Below are positions 1-8,047 of a DNA stretch of 24,000 nucleotides, in pieces. Source of the stretch: Anaerolineae bacterium (GTDB taxonomy: Bacteria > Chloroflexota > Anaerolineae > Caldilineales > Caldilineaceae). The notes under the pieces were generated by a model. It did not search any database and was not told where the DNA came from. It saw only the letters and a list, made by a program, of their open reading frames with translations. The position numbers and the translations under genes are program-made. The stretch is taken from assembly GCA_030432295.1 (NCBI GenBank), contig JAUIHI010000004.1, positions 185,706 to 209,705 of the forward strand, in the 5' to 3' direction. Numbering within the stretch: the stretch's first letter is position 1; the number at the start of each line of letters is the position of its first letter.

Positions 1-590
1 ATGTCGTCATCCGCCGACGTATCGTTCTGCAATGTGACCAGAGCGGACTGGGCCTGGGTCAATTTGAGTTGGGCATCAGAGACCTTCGATTGCAGATCGG
101 CCAGGTCTGGGGCCAGGAGGTTGTCCAGCGCGTCCGCGGCCTGCTCATAGGCCAGATCGGCCTGGGCAATGGACAGATCAGCTTGGGCCAGGGCAAGCTG
201 AGTCGGCGGCGTTTGCAGATCAACCAGCGCGGTTTCGGCCTCGTCCAGATCGTTCTGGGCCTGCTCCAGCGCCTGCTCGTAGGGGGTGGGATCAATCGTC
301 GCCAGCACCTGTCCTGCCTCCACCACCTGGCCCGCAGCCACCTCCAGGGTCAGCAGCGTGACGGTACTGTCCAGCCGGTCGAAGGCCAGTTCCTGATTTT
401 GGGGCGCATCCAACTCGCCCACCACACTCAGGACCGCGTTCAGATTGCCCTGCTCCACGGCCACAATCTGGGTGAAGCTGGCGGTAGTGGCATCCGCGGC
501 GGGGAAAAGGGTCTCCCGTTGGAGATAGCCAATCCCGCCCGCCAGGAACAGAATCAGCAAAAGACCGACCCGCAGCCAAATTTTGAACAT
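1..590 (-). CDS. HlyD-family membrane-fusion / periplasmic adaptor protein, N-terminal part (3' end runs off the left edge)
   Basis: Absent from the ORF track because no stop codon lies in the window. My reverse-strand translation from ATG (590-588) reads [126 protein letters not shown]... This gives an N-terminal TM anchor, a lipoyl-like hairpin and a coiled coil, as in HlyD/MFP proteins. The frame stays open to base 1. The start lies 37 nt downstream of the ABC ATPase stop. Confidence 0.8.
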   Translation of the reverse strand, partial: MFKIWLRVGLLLILFLAGGIGYLQRETLFPAADATTASFTQIVAVEQGNLNAVLSVVGELDAPQNQELAFDRLDSTVTLLTLEVAAGQVVEAGQVLATIDPTPYEQALEQAQNDLDEAETALVDLQTPPTQLALAQADLSIAQADLAYEQAADALDNLLAPDLADLQSKVSDAQLKLTQAQSALVTLQNDTSADDD

Positions 591-627
591 TCAAACACTC
601 CTTACGTACCGGAAGTCCGGCGGTGGG

Positions 628-1425
628 TCAAACGATTGTATCTGGCGTTTCCACAAGAATCGCTGGCTTGGCTGTGTCAACGGGAGCGGGCGGCGTGACA
701 ACGGGCAGCGGGTGCTCGGTCTCCCCAGCCCGTCGGGGATTTGCCACGGCTTCGTCGGCGACAATCACCCCGTCCTGCAGGCGCACGATGCGCCGGGTGT
801 GCTCGGCAATGTCCTGCTCGTGGGTGACGAAAATAATTGTGATGCCCTGGCCCTCGTTCAACTCCTGGAAGATGCGCATAATCTCCGCGCCGGAGTGTGA
901 GTCCAGATTGCCCGTCGGTTCGTCGGCCAGAATGATGCTGGGCCGGTTGACCAGGGCGCGGGCAATCGCCACCCGCTGCTGCTGGCCGCCGGAGAGTTCG
1001 TTCGGTTTGTGGTGTACCCGATCGCCCAACCCCACCAGAGAGAGGGCGTCGATGCAGCGCTGGCGTCCATTGCTGATACCCGCGTAGATAAGGGGTAGTT
1101 CCACATTGTCCAGGGCGGAGGTGCGGGGCAGGAGGTTGAAGCTCTGGAAGACAAAACCGATCTTGCGGTTGCGCACATCCGCCAGTTGGCTCTCATCCAT
1201 CCGGCTCACGTCCTCGCCATCCAGCCGGTAGCTGCCGGTGGAGGAGGTGTCCAGCGCGCCCAAAATATTCATCAGCGTCGACTTGCCAGAGCCGGATGGC
1301 CCCATAATGGCCATCAGTTCACCCGGCTGCACCCGCATGGAGACACCGCGCAGGGCGCGCACTTCGATCTCTCCCATCCGGTAGGTTTTCGTCACATCCG
1401 CCACATCGATCACAGCTTCAGCCAC
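628..1425 (-). CDS. ABC transporter ATP-binding protein, MacB/LolD-like
   Basis: Walker [11 protein letters not shown]-loop [12 protein letters not shown] signature [15 protein letters not shown], Walker [13 protein letters not shown] and H-loop FVTHE are all present. GTG start is preceded by GAGAGGAGcaggcc. A Pro-rich C-terminal extension of about 45 aa follows the ATPase core. Confidence 0.93.
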   Translation of the reverse strand: MAEAVIDVADVTKTYRMGEIEVRALRGVSMRVQPGELMAIMGPSGSGKSTLMNILGALDTSSTGSYRLDGEDVSRMDESQLADVRNRKIGFVFQSFNLLPRTSALDNVELPLIYAGISNGRQRCIDALSLVGLGDRVHHKPNELSGGQQQRVAIARALVNRPSIILADEPTGNLDSHSGAEIMRIFQELNEGQGITIIFVTHEQDIAEHTRRIVRLQDGVIVADEAVANPRRAGETEHPLPVVTPPAPVDTAKPAILVETPDTIV

Positions 1426-1451
1426 GGCCTGCTCCTCTCTTTTCCCTGGGA

Positions 1452-2591
1452 CTAGGGCTGCTGGGATTGGGTCTGATCGCCGCCTCTGCCATCCGTTGGA
1501 GCGCCGCTGGCTCCAGCCCCCGGAAGATTCCCCCCGCCGGGGAAGCCACCGCCCTGGAAGAGGGTCGTGACATCTGCGATTATTTTGTCTCCGGCCTGTA
1601 GCTCTGGCGACTCCACAACCACCAGTTCTCCCTGGGCCTCACCTTTCGTTACAGTGACCCGTGTGGGCTGGTCATCCCGGACCACAAAGAGCATTGCGTT
1701 GCCGTTGCGCTCCTGCACAGCCGTGGCGGGGACAAGCCACCCCGTGCCGGATGGGTCTACACCAGAAGCGGCGCTGGCCGGTGCGTCGCCGGTGGAAAGC
1801 ACCAGCACGGGCGTGCCACCCGCAATCTCTTCGCCCACCTGCACATCCACAGAGAGCACCCTACCGCTGACCGGTGCGGCTATCTGCGTGGCTGCCAGAT
1901 CGGCCGCAGCGGTTTCCAGGGTTGCCCTGGCATCCGTCACCCGATCATTGGCAACGGGCAGGCTGGCCTCATTCTTCACCGGGTCAGCGTTCAATGTGTC
2001 CAGGTCTTCCTGGGCCGCGGCCAGTTCGGCCAGCGCCTCTTCGATTGTCGCCTCCAGGGCAGCGCCGTCCAGGGTCAGGAGCAGATCGCCGGGGGCCACG
2101 GCGTCGCCGACAGCCACTTCAATTGTCTGGATTGTACCCGCCAGCGGAAGGAGAATCGGCTGTTGGTCCACACTGGCAGTCGCGCCCGTTGCTGTCTCGC
2201 CCGCTCCCCCGCTGCTGGCCGGGAGGATTTCTACAAGCTGGTCTTCGCTGATCTCAAAAGCAGGGATGTTGCCCGTCCGGGCGGGGGCATTAGCGGTGGG
2301 TGATGCATTGCCGTCTGCCGGAGCCGCGCTGGTGTCCGCCGGGGCTGTCTCGGCATCTGAGACGGCGGCATCTGTGGTAGTTTGCGCGGCAGTCCCCCCA
2401 TTCCCAGCCTGGGCGCGAACGGCCTGGAATGCTTGGGCCGATGGGGCAGTTGTGCTGCTTGCAGTCGCTGGCAGCAGAGTGTCCAATCCCAATTGGGCAG
2501 CCAAATCGGGCTGGGAGCCGACATAAAAGCCGATACCCAGCAGGCCAACGGCCACGACGAGACTTATCACCACCTGTAAAACTGTTTTCAT
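1452..2591 (-). CDS. HlyD-family membrane-fusion / efflux adaptor protein with a long Ala/Thr/Pro low-complexity linker
   Basis: N-terminal TM helix ([23 protein letters not shown]). An A/T/P-rich spacer of about 110 aa follows. Then comes a lipoyl-like motif ([27 protein letters not shown] ... [29 protein letters not shown]) around a coiled coil, and a Gly-rich tail. The track ORF begins at GTG 2603. ATG at 2591 (MKTVLQ) sits behind GAGGAA and is the likelier start. Confidence 0.8.
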   Translation of the reverse strand: MKTVLQVVISLVVAVGLLGIGFYVGSQPDLAAQLGLDTLLPATASSTTAPSAQAFQAVRAQAGNGGTAAQTTTDAAVSDAETAPADTSAAPADGNASPTANAPARTGNIPAFEISEDQLVEILPASSGGAGETATGATASVDQQPILLPLAGTIQTIEVAVGDAVAPGDLLLTLDGAALEATIEEALAELAAAQEDLDTLNADPVKNEASLPVANDRVTDARATLETAAADLAATQIAAPVSGRVLSVDVQVGEEIAGGTPVLVLSTGDAPASAASGVDPSGTGWLVPATAVQERNGNAMLFVVRDDQPTRVTVTKGEAQGELVVVESPELQAGDKIIADVTTLFQGGGFPGGGNLPGAGASGAPTDGRGGDQTQSQQP

Positions 2592-3117
2592 TGCATTCCT
2601 CACGCGCTGAACCGGTTAATTGCGACAGGTACAGTATATGTGCCGATTGTGTAGAAATTCTGGAGGTGGCGATAAGAAATAGTTGAGATCACACACAAAG
2701 GGGAAACAGAGCGATTCCACTCATTTGTCTACTGCAAAAAGCCAATTGAGCCACTGATAAATGCTGATGGACACTGATACAAACGGCTCTCGCGTGAGGC
2801 GCTCTTGGAGATTAAGAAATTAATCCAGCAATGCGAGGCTCCCCGCTGGTCCGTGACCAGCGGCGTGACGCGGCAACTGTTACACCTCTCGTTGGGCCGC
2901 CGGGTCACGGACCCGGCTGGAGCGGCGCAACACCGCAACAGTTCCCCGATCATTTATTGAATCTCCAACTGCGCCTGGTATGTTGACATATATTGTTTCA
3001 CCCCTCTCTTTTTGTGGGCAGTGAGGGTGTGCGGATGTGCAGAGAAGCGCGGAATTGTGTAGGATATAGACAGTATGCGCTTGCCCTCGCCCATCTGCCA
3101 CTTCAAAGGAGAGACCC

Positions 3118-4482
3118 GTGCCCCAAACCCAATCCAATCGACCGAATGTGATTGTCTTCTTCACCGACCAGCAGCGCTGGGACAGTACCGGCGTCCACGG
3201 CAATCCCCTGGACTTGACGCCCAACTTCGACCGCATGGCCCGCCAGGGAACCCATCTGCACACGACCGTCACCTGCCAGCCCGTCTGCGGACCGGCCCGT
3301 TCCTGTCTGCAAACCGGGATGTATGCCACCAACACTGGCTCCTGGCGCAACGGCATCCCCCTGCGCCAGGATTTGCAAACGATGGCCCATTTCTTCGCGG
3401 CAGGCGGCTACGACACCGGCTATATCGGCAAGTGGCATCTGGCCGACAACCAGTACGAGGGCGCTGTGCCCCCGGAGCAGCGGGGCGGCTACGACTACTG
3501 GCTGGCCTCCAATCTGCTCGAATTCACCTCCGATGCCTACGATATGGTGATGTATGACAACGACCAGCAGCGGGTGAAACTGCCCGGCTATCGGGTGGAT
3601 GCGCAGACCGACGCAGTGATCCGCTATATCGACAGCCACCAGGAAAACCCCTTCTTTCTCTTCATCTCCTATATCGAACCCCACCACCAGAACCATCTGG
3701 ACGACTACCCGCCGCCCGACGGCTACCGGGAGCGCTATGCGGGCCGCTGGACGCCGCCGGATTTGGCCGCGCTGGGCGGTTCCAGCCAGCAACATTTGGG
3801 CGGCTATTGGGGAATGATCAAGCGGCTGGACGAGGCATTGGGCCGGATGACCGACAGCCTGAAAAGTCTGGGGATGCTGGACAACACCGTCATCCTCTAC
3901 ACGACGGATCACGGCAGCCACTTCAAAACCCGCAACAGTGAGTACAAACGCTCCTGTCACGAGGCGTCTGTGCGTCTGCCCACGGCCATCACTGGCCCAG
4001 GCTTCACCGGCGGTGGCGAAATTCGGGAGATGATCAGTCTGGTCGATCTGCCCCCCACACTCCTGGACGCGGCGGGGCTGCCCATTCCGGAGCAGATGGA
4101 GGGGCGCTCGGTGCTGCCACTGGTCAATCGGCAGGCGGTGGACTGGCCGGAAGAGGCTTTTATCCAAATCAGCGAATCGCAGGTGGGGCGGGCCGTGCGC
4201 ACAAAGCGCTGGAAATACGGGGTCACCGCGCCGGACAAGGGGGGCAGCCAGCACTCCGGCTCGGACGAATATGTGGAGCAGTATCTCTACGATCTGGAAT
4301 TCGACCCTTACGAACTAACCAATCTAATCGGCTGGGAGAGCCACCGCCAGGCCAGCGATGTACTGAAGGCGCGGCTGATCCGCCGGATGGTGGAGGCGGG
4401 GGAAGCTGCGCCGGTCATCCACAACGCGCCCTCTATCCCCAAAGGCCAGCGCAAGGTGAGCGAAGCGGAGGCGTATTCCTAA
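3118..4482 (+). CDS. Cys-type sulfatase (arylsulfatase family), no signal peptide
   Basis: N-terminal PNVIVFFTDQQRWD metal-binding motif. Formylglycine signature C-x-P-x-R is present as VCGPARSCLQTG, with Cys codon tgc at 3286-3288. Also GYIGKWHL and LYTTDHG motifs. GTG start is preceded by AAAGGAGAG. No hydrophobic leader. Confidence 0.9.
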   Translation: MPQTQSNRPNVIVFFTDQQRWDSTGVHGNPLDLTPNFDRMARQGTHLHTTVTCQPVCGPARSCLQTGMYATNTGSWRNGIPLRQDLQTMAHFFAAGGYDTGYIGKWHLADNQYEGAVPPEQRGGYDYWLASNLLEFTSDAYDMVMYDNDQQRVKLPGYRVDAQTDAVIRYIDSHQENPFFLFISYIEPHHQNHLDDYPPPDGYRERYAGRWTPPDLAALGGSSQQHLGGYWGMIKRLDEALGRMTDSLKSLGMLDNTVILYTTDHGSHFKTRNSEYKRSCHEASVRLPTAITGPGFTGGGEIREMISLVDLPPTLLDAAGLPIPEQMEGRSVLPLVNRQAVDWPEEAFIQISESQVGRAVRTKRWKYGVTAPDKGGSQHSGSDEYVEQYLYDLEFDPYELTNLIGWESHRQASDVLKARLIRRMVEAGEAAPVIHNAPSIPKGQRKVSEAEAYS

Positions 4483-4483
4483 A

Positions 4484-4849
4484 ATGGAGCTAACCCCTGC
4501 TTTTGTGGTGATCAATCTGGCCCTGCTCTTCTACACAATCGGTGTGTGGGCCGAACGGCTGGCAGGCCGGCTGAAAGGCTGGCATCTGGCCTTTTTCTGG
4601 CTGGGAATCGTCTGCGACACCTGGGGAACCGGCGCGATGTTCGAGATGGCCGGCGGCATGACCTTCGACATCCACGGAGTGAGCGGTCTGCTTGCGATTC
4701 TGCTGATGTTTGTCCACGCGGCCTGGGCGTCCTGGGTGTTGTGGAAAAAGGACGAACGGCTGATTGTCAGCTTCCATCGCTTCAGCGTAGCCGTCTGGCT
4801 GATCTGGCTGATTCCCTACTTCAGCCCGGTCTTCTTTGGGATGGGCTGA
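4484..4849 (+). CDS. small integral membrane protein (about 4 TM helices), function unknown
   Basis: 121 aa with four hydrophobic segments: VVINLALLFYTIGVW, LAFFWLGIVCDTWGTG, GLLAILLMFVHAAWASWVLW and VAVWLIWLIPYFSPVFF. The ATG begins 1 nt after the sulfatase TAA (4480-4482), implying co-translation. Confidence 0.7.
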   Translation: MELTPAFVVINLALLFYTIGVWAERLAGRLKGWHLAFFWLGIVCDTWGTGAMFEMAGGMTFDIHGVSGLLAILLMFVHAAWASWVLWKKDERLIVSFHRFSVAVWLIWLIPYFSPVFFGMG

Positions 4850-4929
4850 AACGCTCCATTTCGTTTATACTGTGTGGCGTTTCGCCGGGTCAAGCCCGTC
4901 AATTTACCAAGAAGGTGGTGTAGTCAAGG

Positions 4930-7446
4930 ATGTATGCAGTTCGTCATGTGAGGTGGGTTATTCTATGCATCGTCTTTCTGCTGGGAAGCAGGAATTTGGC
5001 TGGTGCCGTTCCGGTGGGTGGCGAAGCCGACGAGTGGGATGACCGCTTCGGCTTTCCATCTATCGAGTATGGCGCTGTGCGCGCCATCACCGGGGATGGC
5101 GAAAATCTTTATGTGGGGGGCAACTTCACCAGCGCGGGGATTCTGCCCGCCAACAATGTGGCCCGCTGGGATGGCCGCCGCTGGCACCCGTTGGGCACAG
5201 GCATCAACGGTTATGTCTATGCCCTGGCGATCTTCGACAGCAAACTCTATGCAGGCGGTGATTTTACCCAGGCCGGAAGCGTCGAGGTCAACGGTCTCGC
5301 GGTCTGGGATGGCCTAGGCTGGTCAGCCGTGGGATATGGGGCGGGGGCCATGCAGGGCGCATACAAAGGCGTTGTGCGCGCCCTGGCCGTAGCCGACGAC
5401 GCCCTCTACATTGGCGGCGACTTCACCTCCTTCAACGACCTGTCCACCCTGGACATTGTGCGCTGGGACGGACGCAAGCTGACTTCTCTGGGCGATGGCC
5501 TGGGGGATGTGGATTACAACGGCACGATGGATGCCTCCGGCTATGGGAGCATCTACGCTCTGGCTGTCGGGCCGGATGGCACTCTCTATGCCAGCGGCGA
5601 TTTTACCTCTGCGGGCAATCAGCAACCGCTGTTGGTCAACAGTATAGCCCGCTGGGACGGTCGCCGCTGGGAAGCGCTAGGCAGCGGTGTCGAGAAGTCG
5701 TATGGCAAAGGCGAAGTGCGTGCCCTGGCCGTGGACGAAGAGGGCGCGCTATATGCGGGCGGCCAGTTCGCGAAGGCGGGCGGTGAGATAGCCACTTCCA
5801 TTGCCCAGTGGGATGGGAAAGGCTGGCAGCCTGTGGGCCGGGGCGTGGGTATCGATTCGGCCTACAGCTATGTGAGCAGCCTGGCGGTGGTGGACGACGC
5901 CCTCTATGCCGGTGGGGGGATGGCAAGCATTGGGGGCAAAAAAGTGGCGGGGTTGGCCGTCTGGCAGAGGCAGAGATGGACAGGCGTGGGCGACGGGCTG
6001 CGGGATAGCTACGACGGCGTGCTGGCCCTGCACCCGGACGGCGCGGGCGGCCTCTATGCGGGCGGGTCATTTACGGGGACAGACGAACTCTTCAGCCCCA
6101 ATCTGGCCCACTGGACTGGTGACGAGTGGGAAGCGCTGGGGCAGGGACTGGGCTACGGCTCGACCAGTGGCCGGGTGGAAGCGCTGGGGCAGGGATTAGG
6201 CCACGGCTCGACCAGTGGCCGGGTGGAAGCGCTGGGGCAGGGATTAGGCCACGGCTCGACCAGTGGCCGGGTGGAAGCGCTGGTTGTGGATGCCGATGGG
6301 CTGGTCTATGCTGGCGGCAGCTTTGACAGCGCCGCGGGCAAACCTGTACAGAATATCGCGGTCTGGGATGGCCGCCAGTGGGACGCATTGGATGAGGGTG
6401 TCAACGGATCGGTCCTTGCCCTGGCCGCGTACGGCTCCAAAATCTATGTGGGCGGATCCTTCACCAAAGCCGGGGGCACAGGGGCCAGGTACATCGCCCA
6501 ATACGACAGAGTCACCGGGCGCTGGAGTAGCCTGGAGAGCGGCGTCAACGGTTATGTGCGCGCCCTGGCTGTGACGGCAGATGGCACGCTCTATGTGGCC
6601 GGGGATTTCACCGCAGCGGGTGCGTCCACTGCCAGTTACGTAGGCCAGTGGGATGGCAAGAATTGGGCTGCCCTCGGCAAAGGCATCGAACCCAACGGCA
6701 GCGTGCGCGCCCTGGCCTGGGATGGGCGCAATCTCTTTTTGGGCGGTTCTTTCAGCACAGTTGAAGAGGGCCACGAGCAGGTGACGGTCAACGGGCTGCT
6801 GATCTGGGACAGCCAGACCGACGAACGCTACTCTCTCAGCCGGGGCGACAACGTGGGCGTGACCCGGCTGGGCACTTTCGCTGAATTCAGTGGAGAAGTC
6901 TATGCCCTGGCCGTGACGGAGAGCGCTCTGTATGTGGGGGGTGTCTTTGACAGCACAGGCGGTGTGGCCGCCCGAGGCGTGGCAACCTTTGACTTTGACG
7001 AGGGCTGGCAGGCATTGGGCGAGAGTGTGAGCAGCACCGACACGCCCTATGTGTACAGCCTGGCCGTGTCGCCAGATGGCCTCTTTGCCGGTGGCGAGTT
7101 CACCGCGGCGGGGAGAGCACAGACATCTTCCCTGGCCCGCTGGGATGGAGAACGGAAGCAGTGGGAAGGGCTGGGCAACGGATTAAGCCCAGGCGCAAGT
7201 GTCAGGGCACTGGCAGTTTTCGGCGACTCTCTCTATGTGGGTGGGCAATTCGTCTCGGCCGGGACTTCCCCCGCATCCGCCTTTGCCCGCTGGGGGCCAC
7301 CTGTGCAGGTGCAACTAACCCAATCCCAGGTTCTGGGCCGCTATGCCATGCCAACACCCACGCCCACCCCCTGTGCTATCCGTCCGGTGACAGGCGGCGG
7401 TGTGGGTGGTCAAGCCGTTCCCTGTGGGCTACCCTCCCGGCGCTAG
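4930..7446 (+). CDS. secreted beta-propeller repeat protein (about 13-14 blades)
   Basis: Sec-type leader MYAVRHVRWVILCIVFLLGSRNLAGA. It contains 13-14 copies of a blade of about 55 aa with pattern (I/V)A(R/Q/V)WDGxxWxxLGxGxxGxVxALAVxxxxLYVGGxFTxAGG. The C-terminal tail is PTPTPTP followed by a Gly-rich stretch. Confidence 0.85.
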   Translation: MYAVRHVRWVILCIVFLLGSRNLAGAVPVGGEADEWDDRFGFPSIEYGAVRAITGDGENLYVGGNFTSAGILPANNVARWDGRRWHPLGTGINGYVYALAIFDSKLYAGGDFTQAGSVEVNGLAVWDGLGWSAVGYGAGAMQGAYKGVVRALAVADDALYIGGDFTSFNDLSTLDIVRWDGRKLTSLGDGLGDVDYNGTMDASGYGSIYALAVGPDGTLYASGDFTSAGNQQPLLVNSIARWDGRRWEALGSGVEKSYGKGEVRALAVDEEGALYAGGQFAKAGGEIATSIAQWDGKGWQPVGRGVGIDSAYSYVSSLAVVDDALYAGGGMASIGGKKVAGLAVWQRQRWTGVGDGLRDSYDGVLALHPDGAGGLYAGGSFTGTDELFSPNLAHWTGDEWEALGQGLGYGSTSGRVEALGQGLGHGSTSGRVEALGQGLGHGSTSGRVEALVVDADGLVYAGGSFDSAAGKPVQNIAVWDGRQWDALDEGVNGSVLALAAYGSKIYVGGSFTKAGGTGARYIAQYDRVTGRWSSLESGVNGYVRALAVTADGTLYVAGDFTAAGASTASYVGQWDGKNWAALGKGIEPNGSVRALAWDGRNLFLGGSFSTVEEGHEQVTVNGLLIWDSQTDERYSLSRGDNVGVTRLGTFAEFSGEVYALAVTESALYVGGVFDSTGGVAARGVATFDFDEGWQALGESVSSTDTPYVYSLAVSPDGLFAGGEFTAAGRAQTSSLARWDGERKQWEGLGNGLSPGASVRALAVFGDSLYVGGQFVSAGTSPASAFARWGPPVQVQLTQSQVLGRYAMPTPTPTPCAIRPVTGGGVGGQAVPCGLPSRR
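6130..6283 (+). repeat. in-frame 48-bp tandem repeat, 3.2 copies, inside the propeller gene
   Basis: Units lie at 6130-6177, 6178-6225 and 6226-6273, with a partial fourth at 6274-6283. Units 2 and 3 are identical over 48/48 nt. Unit 1 differs at 3 nt (CTG to TTA, synonymous; TAC to CAC, Y to H). The encoded peptide is EALGQGLG(Y/H)GSTSGRV, three times. Confidence 0.95.
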
Positions 7447-7560
7447 GAGAGAGGCAGCCTTTGCGGTTGATGCCACATTTCAGAACATTTGTTTCAGCGT
7501 ATTCCTGTGCTACACTACCATTCCGTGCAGATGAAGGAATGGCCGAAAGGAAGAATGGGC

Positions 7561-7974
7561 ATGGCTGAACTGAAAACCCAGAAGAACGATGCCAGCGTGG
7601 AGGCATTTCTCCACGGCGTAGACGAGAAGCGGCGGGACGACTGTTGTGCGCTTCTGGAACTGATGGAGGATGTGACCGGTGCGCCTGCCAAAATGTGGGG
7701 CACGTCGATTGTGGGCTTTGGCGAATACCACTACAAATACGCCAGCGGTCGGGAAGGGGAGTGGATGGTAACCGGTTTCTCGCCGCGCAAGCAGAACCTG
7801 ACCCTCTACATTATGTCCGGCTTTGACCGCTACGACGAACTGCTTGGCAAACTGGGCAAGCACAGCACGGGCGTTTCCTGTCTCTACATCAAACGGCTCT
7901 CCGATGTGGACACGGACGTGCTGCGCCAACTGGTCGAGGCATCGGTCGCCCACATGAACGCCACGAATAGCTGA
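7561..7974 (+). CDS. DUF1801 (YdhG-like) domain protein
   Basis: MAELKTQKNDASVEAFLHGVDEKRRDDCCALLELMEDVTGAPAKMWGTSIVGFGEYHYKYASGREGEWMVTGFSPRKQNLTLYIM... matches the DUF1801 pattern as I recall it. The track ORF starts at 7489. ATG 7561 follows AAGGAAG at good spacing, and ATG 7555 is also possible. Confidence 0.75.
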   Translation: MAELKTQKNDASVEAFLHGVDEKRRDDCCALLELMEDVTGAPAKMWGTSIVGFGEYHYKYASGREGEWMVTGFSPRKQNLTLYIMSGFDRYDELLGKLGKHSTGVSCLYIKRLSDVDTDVLRQLVEASVAHMNATNS

Positions 7975-7994
7975 ACAGAAGGCTGTCGAATCCC

Positions 7995-8038
7995 AGCAAA
8001 GAGCCGAGTTTCTCCTGTGAGAAACTCGGCTCTTTGCT
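7995..8038. terminator. perfect 20-bp stem / 4-nt loop hairpin between convergent genes (bidirectional terminator candidate)
   Basis: agcaaagagccgagtttctc (7995-8014), ctgt, gagaaactcggctctttgct (8019-8038). It lies 21 nt after the plus-strand stop (7974) and 9 nt from the minus-strand stop (8048). The U-tract is only weak (tt after the stem on the plus strand). Confidence 0.65.
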
Positions 8039-8047
8039 TTCCCACTC

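Noticed and set aside
69-698. 209-aa plus-strand ORF, with the 59..295 and 292..594 minus-strand ORFs, at the left edge
   Set aside because: They have Arg/Gly/Gln-rich composition with no recognisable motifs. They overlap a different minus-strand frame that encodes a clean HlyD-type N-terminus, so they are typical high-GC shadow ORFs.
1567-2526. 319-aa plus-strand ORF antisense to the adaptor gene
   Set aside because: It is a Ser/Ala/Arg-rich low-complexity translation on the opposite strand of a gene with clear MFP motifs, so it is a shadow ORF.
2729-2953. 74-aa minus-strand ORF in the 2604-3117 spacer
   Set aside because: It has no RBS, a Cys/Arg-rich odd composition and overlaps the hairpins. 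It is more likely non-coding.
3103-4254. 383-aa minus-strand ORF overlapping the sulfatase
   Set aside because: It is antisense to a CDS with unambiguous sulfatase motifs. It has no motifs of its own and a composition typical of GC-rich antisense frames.
6130-6283. The 48-bp tandem repeat as a possible CRISPR array
   Set aside because: The units are directly adjacent with no spacers. They are in frame inside a CDS and encode part of a propeller blade, and no cas genes are nearby.
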